Virus record (IMG/VR): IMGVR_UViG_3300030372_003714 | Coordinates: 1 to 64,000 of that record | From: a virus | Taxonomy: Duplodnaviria > Caudoviricetes | Length of the DNA stretch: 64,000 nucleotides | Direction: 5' to 3' (one strand) | Shown here: positions 21,069-30,000 of the stretch, one piece after another | Layout of the letters: the number at the start of each line of letters is the position of its first letter | Position numbering within the stretch: position 1 is the stretch's first letter | Position numbers and translations under genes: made by a program | The notes under the pieces: model-generated | What the model was told of the DNA's origin: nothing | The model's input: the letters and a program-made list of their open reading frames with translations, nothing else | The model's database searches: none

Positions 21069-21076
21069 CAAATATA
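21069..21076 (-). promoter_or_regulatory. Bacteroidota-type -7 promoter box (TATATTTG)
   Basis: Reads TTTTTTATATATTTGCA on the minus strand, just downstream of the giant gene stop. Confidence 0.7.
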
Positions 21077-21093
21077 TAAAAAAGTTTTCATTA

Positions 21094-24000
21094 TTAACAG
21101 TCCGATAAATAATCTTTCCATAAATCATATAACATTGTTGAGCTTAATTGCTGTATTGGGTAACTAGGTATATGGAAAGACATACCATAATTACTCAATG
21201 ATCCTCCTTGGTATCCTGTTGTATGAGTAGGATCTCCTCCTCCTGATGCTCCCATATATGGATTAGGTATAGTAACATCTGTTGCTACATAACATTGGAA
21301 ATTATATACTGATGGAACATCAACATAACTTGCACAATCTATATGTCCTTGATATGAAATAATAGCATCTTTACTCTGTGCTCCTACTGCTCCCATTAAA
21401 TGGAATATGAAATCTCTTCGTGTAGTAACTACATTTGTTACACTATGATCAATATAAGATCCTGCATATATCATTGTTTTTTGTGTAACATTATGAGATG
21501 TTAAATTAGGATCTCCATTTGCATCCCAACCATATTGGTGTAAACTCATATAGTTATCATAATCATTTTTCCATTGAGGCATCAGTGTATTATTAGGTCC
21601 TGTACCTATTTCATGCCAGTTAAGACCTGGCTGTCCGCCCCATAATGCATTTCCACAAGTACCTCCCCACGCATTTCCACTACTACCAACATTAGTTTCA
21701 TGGTATCCACCTGGATTACCTCTAGACTCGTCTTGGAATACAACCACAATACTGTCTAAATCTCCTCCTTCAAACTCATGATAAGGATCACTGAATCCTT
21801 CTTCTCCAAATGGGTCTTGCCATGGATTAACTTGATTAAATCCATCAGTTGCATAAGATCCAGGTAAGATCATTATTTGTTTTAGTAATGGTCCATGTGT
21901 AGCTGCAATGTATGCTGGATTATTACAATCAGCTGGTGCTCCGCCTATTCCATCTACCATAGTATGAGCCATAACTGTTCTCTTATTTGCAGGTAAAGTT
22001 CCTGTTGCCATTGGATTTACTCCGGCTCCATTTGCTCCTTTGTTACCGCTTAGTGGATAGTTAACCCAAGCTAACCAATCTTCTGGTGCTGTAGCACTAC
22101 CTGGTGCAGCTGCTCCTGTATTATTACAATTATTACAAGGACCAAACTGACTTCCATGAGCCCAAGCCCCAGGAATAACATATAGATGTCCTGAGTATGT
22201 TGGGAAATTTGATTTTATCATTTGGAATGCTGGCTCAATTACATTTACTTTAAAGTCAAGCATTGATGACAGTCTATCAAGGAATGATCCTCCAAATGTT
22301 GAAGTCATATCAAGGAATACATATATGTTACTGTTACCAAAGCATCCAGTATCACATGTTACTTCTTGATCTGTTAATCCAAATGGTACATTACAATCAT
22401 CACATACATCAGCTACTTTATCGAAGAACTTTTTCATATCTATTTCATCTAAACAATTTTCACAAATAGATTCAAACGTTCCTCCTTCTGGCTCATAACT
22501 AGCACAGTCTAAAGCACAGTCTTGTAATGTTGGGTATTGTCCTGTTCCCTGGAAGTTTTGTATACATCCAAATACTGGATCACAATCCCAAGACGAAGAT
22601 ACTCCTCCACATGATGGATCTAATGGACATCCATTACATCCTTGACATGCGACTAATCCTCCATTAGTATTATTAAATGTTCCTGTTCCATCACCTGGAT
22701 CAATACATTGTGTTACTCCATTATTTATAACACAGTTATATGATTCTACATAACATGGTTGTGTATTCATACTTATTGCCATATTACAATTAGCAAGTGT
22801 AGCAAATGTACCTGAACCATCTCCTGGATCAGAACAAGAATATGAATTAGTAGCTGCACTATAAATACAATTATATGATTCTGGTGTACCACAATTTTGT
22901 ATACATGCTTGTACACTAGCATACTGACCATTACCTGTTCCAGGATCAAAACATGTTTGAGTTAAAGGATCACAATCCCATGATGGTGTGTTAGGGCAAC
23001 ATTGTGGTGAGGCTAAACATGCAGCCTGAGATGGGAAACCTGGTCCCGCTGTCGGTACACAGTTACATCCTCCTAATGGATCACATTCCCAAGCAGTTTG
23101 TCCTCCAGTACATAAAGCACATGAAGCGTATGTTTGTGTTACATTTACACTTAAACAAGTAGCTGGATCACAATTTATAATATCATCACAAGATATTTCA
23201 TAACATATAGTAGCATTACCATTTATATTTATAACTTCTCCATTTATATAAGCATTATCTAAATCTGCAGACTGACATACATTATTAATTACAATAGTAG
23301 GATCTGAACAATCTGTTAATTTATAACATGGACATCCTGAACCACTTTCACAATCTGGACAGGTTGGATGAACTGTATTTAATACAACTGCTCCTACTGG
23401 ATTACATGAACCTGTTCCACAAGTACCACATAATTGAACCTCATAACATTCAGTTGTATTTAATGGCGCTGGAGGTGCTCCTCCTAGTGTTACAACTTGT
23501 CCTAATTCTGCAGATAGATCATTTGTTACTACAGTACAAGTACTAGTACAACTACAAGGACCACCGTTTATTGCAAAACAAGCTAATGATCCATCAGCAC
23601 TAACATAATTCTGTGCCAGCCACGTTTGCATTGTATTATAATCCATAGCTGCATTACCATAACCTGCTGCTACTAACTCAGCTCTAGCTGTATCCCAACT
23701 CTCAGTTTGACCCCAATAAGAATTAGTCATGCCATCTAGCGGCTGATTAGGATTAGTACCACATTTATAAATACGTAGTCCTGATAAAGAAACTATCATG
23801 TTTCCAGTAATAGGATCAGTACAATGACTTGATTGACTAGGCAGGATACTGTTTACTAACTTTTTAGTATTATGCAAATCAGTTGGATTATCTATAGAAT
23901 ATTGTTGATATCCATTGGAATATCCAACTCCATTAGCTGTAGATATTAAAGTACGAGTACTACACGAGTCAGTACCACTAAAGGTACACGTACAACTATT

Positions 24001-27000
24001 AGTTCCAATAACAATATTACCAGTGGTTCCGCTAAACCATGCATTGAATTTTGTCCTTAAAGAAGTATAATTATCTGCTACAGTAACTCCTGTAATTCCT
24101 AATGCTATAGCCTCATTACGTAGAGTAGTCCAATTTGAATAACTAATCTGAGAAAAAGGATTTGGAGCACCTATAGCTTGTATACCCCAAACACCTCCTT
24201 GGTTTACCCCAGAACCTGGGAAACCAAATAACTCACAAGGTTGTACAGAGCTTACAGTTGCATATTTTAAAGTCGCAAAATCAACATTATCAAATCCATT
24301 TCCTGGTGTAGTGATAAAGTCACTTGCTGCCATATGTTGATCACTACTAGTAGCTCCTGCAAATGGAGTTGGTGAAACCAGAGTTAAAGTATTTATGTCT
24401 GTCCCATTACAGGTCCCTACAGATACGGTAGAATCACAAGGACATAACTGATAACATTGTTCATTAGATACACAACAGTCCGTACAGTTTTGATATGTAT
24501 TTGTTACAACTACCGTTACTGCTCCCGTTGAAGGACATGGCTGTGGTGTGCAATCTATTTCATAACATGCTCCTGGATATAAATCTATTTCTACTATAGT
24601 ACCTGTACCAATCATACCACTACAATATAATGATAAATCTGTATCAGTAATTATTTGTGCAGGGGCTCCTGCTACTGTATTACAAGAACATAAATTTAAT
24701 GTATAACAAGGATTTACCAAACCACAATCAGTACAATCTCCATTTGGATCTCCTGAAACTAAATTTACAGGGTTAATCAGTGCAACTCCTCCTGGACATG
24801 GATTTATTATATCAACTTCCCAACATCTTTCGCCTGCTGGATCTCCATTATCCCAAGTTATAATTCCTCCAACATATCCTGCAAGAGCCGGATCATCAGA
24901 ATATTCTGTAATATACGTACATCCAGAACCTTGTAAACACACACCATCTTCACATCCAAAATTTACATTTGGATTTCCATATATACCACATGTAGCTCTT
25001 CTATCATATATTCCTTCTGGGCCCATTAAACCTGTAGGGAAATCAGTAGCAAAAGAATTACTACTTGAGAAAGGTCCCATTAATGCATCAGCATTATAAA
25101 TAGCGCCTGGGCAATTATCAGGTAAACCATCGTTATCATTATCTTGATAAAGATTAGGACAAGTAGGATCACTTTGGAAACAAGGACAATCACAAAGACT
25201 ATCACATCCATTAGCTGCTCCAAATGTTAACCAATCATGGCCATATCCAAATGCGTGTAGTATTTCGTGTATACCTACTCTAATTAAAGAAAATGAATTT
25301 GCTACTACTGCATCTCCTGCTTTTCTCCAGTTTTCATTTGCATCAAATAATAATAAACCTACTTCTGGAGAAGCTTTAGCAATTCCTGGATCATTGAAAT
25401 TTAAATTTCCTGTAAAGCATAATCCTAATATTCCTGAAGCTCCTCCAGTATTACCACATCCACTTCCTCCTGCTGGATCTAATGCTCCAAAGTCTGAGAA
25501 TCCAATTCTAAAGTCTCCTATTCCTGCTACTCCATTACTATCAGTAAAAGATGTTCCATTGTTACCAGTTATAGTGTTTGTTCCCATTGCTGGATCACCT
25601 GCAGTATATCCAGTTTCATATCCTAAATCTGTAAAGTTAACAGTTAAATTAGCTCCATATCCACAGTTTGTATTAAATACTCCTTCAAGCATTGCTTTAA
25701 TTTCAGCAAACATTGTTTGCATTTCTGCCTTAAACTGTACATGTGTAATCGTATATGTTTTATTATAAGGAGCACAAAATGGCCAAGAACTAATTCCTGT
25801 TGTATTAGCTGTACCTGGCCCTTGTTCACAAGCTAAAGCTGGACCAAAACCAGGAATACCTATTGGGAATGTAGCTCCATCGTTAATGAAACTATAGCTA
25901 AAGTCTACTGTTTGTGCTATACCTGGTGCTCCCTGTGTTCCTAATGCTTGTACTGCATTTACTAATGCCGCCCACCTTTGTGGTGTATTATTTATACATG
26001 TAGGAGACCAAGTCTTTCCGTATGTAACCATATTCGGAGGCATCGTTGCTGGATCATTTACTGAACACTGATTAGCTGGTCCAGAAGTTCCTCCTGTACA
26101 TTCACACTCTGTTAATTTATAACAGAAGTTTGGTGGAGGTGCACAATCTGTACAATCATTATGTGTAACTGTAATAACAGGATCTGGGTTAATCACATTA
26201 GCCGGATCACATGGACAAGGCATATTTAACCATGTTGGGAATCTTTCTCCCATAGGTCTATTACCTATATCATAAGAAGGAACTGGATTTATAAGCTCTA
26301 GTCCCTGCTCTATTGCTAATGCATTATTAGGATCATCTAATCTTAATAATGAATTTGTTATTTGATTTCCTGCTCCTACTTTTAGCATGTATGGATTATC
26401 TTGTAACTGTTCTACTATATTTAGCCAAAGTTTACCATCTGGTCCTACAACTAAATCATTAATCATAACATTACATCTAGTTACATCTGTCGGAGTTCCA
26501 TACCATCCTGAAGCAGTAGATGCATCAGGGAATGATTTAACATGGTCTGTATAGCCTCCTGCAGAATTTGTAAACCACATAAATGGAGCCGCGTTCGGTC
26601 CTGCAGCATCAAATGCAGCAGCATCATCTGTTTCATTGTAAAATACAAAAGCTTGTTGAGCGGCCATTTCTATAGCTAATCCTTTTAATTTTAAGATTAT
26701 TATCCCAAATCCACTTTTAATTAAGGTATTATTATAAGGATCATTTGTATCATAATATTGAGTCCCTGATAAAATTAAGTTTCTTCCATTAGGACTAAAA
26801 GCCATAGAATCTACTCTGTCAAGAAAATAATCACCTACATATGCTCCAAGTGTAGGAGATTTTTCTCGGTGTATCCCAAGAACAATGGAATTGAAAACTC
26901 CATTGTTTGCTCCTCCGTTATAACCATTATTGAATGTCCATCCTATTGCTGCAGTCGCTGAATCTCCTGTAACAGGATTTAACCCAAAAGCAAAGGTTTC

Positions 27001-30000
27001 TGAAGCTACGTTATTAAGATCATCCCCTTCAAACCTTACAGCTATAATATCATTTGTTTGATTTACTAATAATTCACCAGATCCTATTGTCTGGGTTCCA
27101 GATGCAGCTGAATTATTCCATCTACCAGTTACGACATCTACTGCAACAAACGCTGTACCTATTCCGGCACTACTAAATTTAATACCTTTGATATGCTGAT
27201 TAGCCCAATCTGCACCGTTAGACATAACAGGAACATAGTAGAAATGCCAGTAAGCGCCAGATCCTATTCCCGTAGTTGTATTTACACACATAACCTCAGA
27301 TGCTGATGCTGCTAAAGTCGTATTGTCAGATGCAGCTAGTACTTCTCCTTTTCCTGAATTAAGAGTCATATCAACTATAGACCATTTTATAGGACCATTT
27401 CCAGCACTATTTTGTATTACATAATACTGATGCCACACTCCATCTGTTACTCCTCCTGCAGCGTTTGGAATAATTACTGCTCCTTGAGCTGGGAATGTTT
27501 TACCATCTGAACTTGTTGCTCCTTGATTTGCATTTCCCTCATGTACGGGACCTGAATCAAGATTCATTTTAGTGTGAGTTCTATCATATATCCAATGACC
27601 GTCTGTATAGAACATTAAATCTCCTGCCGCAAAAGCGTGTCCACCTATAGTAGCTGCTCCTGTTGCAGAATGTACTGCTGCTCCTCTAAAAGTATAAGCA
27701 TCTGAATTTGGTGCATTCGAGGAGTTAAAGTTTAACATAGTAGATTGTCCATTAAAATCTGCTACCGGTGCTCCTGTACTAAAATCTATTCCTAGTCTAT
27801 CTCCATAGAACCAATTTGTACCTGCTATTGGATTTCCTTGGCTAGTACATTGTTTCCAACATCCTATTTGTCCTCCTAATTCTACTACATCTGTTCCTAT
27901 TGTAGCACCAAGTCCTCCTGATACAGTTATTGTTGTTCCTGGATTAGTACATGATTCTAATAATGTACATTGAGGATCACATGGATTTACTAAACAATAA
28001 CTACAATCTGGCATATTACCTGTTCCTACTGTTGCTGTAGCTATCGCAGTTACATCTGCATCTGGTAGCATACCAGTACAATCAGCACTAGCACTTACTG
28101 TCCAACATCCTGTATAAAGAATACCACCTACTGTTATATCTGCTTGAACTACAGATCCTACATCAGCAGCTGTAATACCTGTTGTTACATTAACAATTTG
28201 ATCTGGTACATATGAAGGACCACAACAATGTGCTACTTTTACACATGTTTGTCCTGAAGTAGCGCAATCTGCACAATCTGCATAAGACGCAGTTATTGCT
28301 CCAGTAGGATATACTACTGTTGTAGGTCCTAAACAACCTACTAATACTTTATGACAATTATCTTGTGCTACTCCCCCTATTGTAATATCATGAGCATTAG
28401 CTGCTCCAATAAAAGGATGAAGTGTCGGAGAATTCAAATAATCAACACTAGTTATATTTCCTGTAACACAATCTTCAACTCTTAAATAATATCTACAAGA
28501 AGCACAATCTACTTGGGTAGATGATACAGTTAGAGCTGCCTCAGTTCCTTGAGGACCGGTTGGATTAATTTGTATTTCTCTACAGAAACATTCTCCTGCT
28601 AAATGTACTACTACTCCTGCTGCAAAATAAGCATCTATTAATGGAGTTGATGTAGCTCCTACTCCATTAACTGTATATACAACATCAGTAGGATCTCCAC
28701 ATTTTGGTAATTTATAATATACTGTTGGATCTGGAGTACAAGTAGGACAATCTGAATATGGCCCAGGACTAGTATCTAATATAACTGATACTGGGCTTAT
28801 ACAAGTTGGAGATTTTTCTACATACCAACAAGTACCTCCTTGAAGTCTTACATATAAACCTATATAAGGAGATAATATAGCTTGAGTACTATATTGTATA
28901 ACTCCTGTATCACAATTTGTTAATTTATAGCAACAATCTTCTGTACCTGGTGCACTTAAACAATCAACACAGTCTGTATATAAAGTTACACTAGGATCTG
29001 TATTATTTGGCCACTTAGAACATATATCATTATAACCTAAACCTGTAGGAATATTCGTCCAAGCATTTGTTGCTGTAACTGGGTTAATTAAACCTATTAC
29101 AGCTGTCTGTCCAGTACCAGCATCATTTAATGTATGTAAAAATAATTCATAATTACCAATACCTACTAGCTTTGCAGATATAATATAAGTAATACTAGTA
29201 GCTATACTAAGACCTCTAACTCTTTCTATACCATATGCATCTTGTCCTGCAACAAAACTACAAACAGTAGCTAAGTCAGATATTACTGTATGATTACCAT
29301 TAGCATCATCAATGCTCATTAATTTATTTAAACCTCCAGCTCCAGTATTATCTCCTAATACATAATAATCACCGCTATTATAATCTACAGATAAATCATA
29401 TCCTAAACTAATAGTTGCATTAGTTACACTACCTGCTATTGCTATACCTCCGCTTAAAGAATTAGTATATCTAGCAAACGTCGCATTTCCTCCTACCATA
29501 TCACCTGCTACAATATGTCCTGTTGCACTATAATCATAATCTAAACATTGAGGAACTGTAAAAGCATTGGTAATTAGCTCAGGATCAGATATATAACTTG
29601 GCCACGCTGATGCCCAAGATATATCAGTAGCGCCTGATGTATATATAATATTACCATGTTTATCAAATGTTAGATCTTTTAGATTACCTATAACACCATT
29701 CCATGTAGTAAATTCAGAAATAGAACAAGTACCATTTAGTACATTATCAATAGAATAAATATTTCCATCTTCAGAAGTAAACCAAAAATGCTCTGTTGGA
29801 GCTGTTGCTTCACCACAAACTGGCGTTCCTCCATTACTAACTGAATATACATCGCCAGCTACTACAGTAGTTAAATCATTAGTAATTATTCCAGGCATTT
29901 CTACTGGGCCTAAAGAATACGTTCCTCCTGTTGGAGTTGTAGCTTCAATACAACATGGTAAAAATCCTATACATCTATCTTGAAAAACATCTAAACATGC

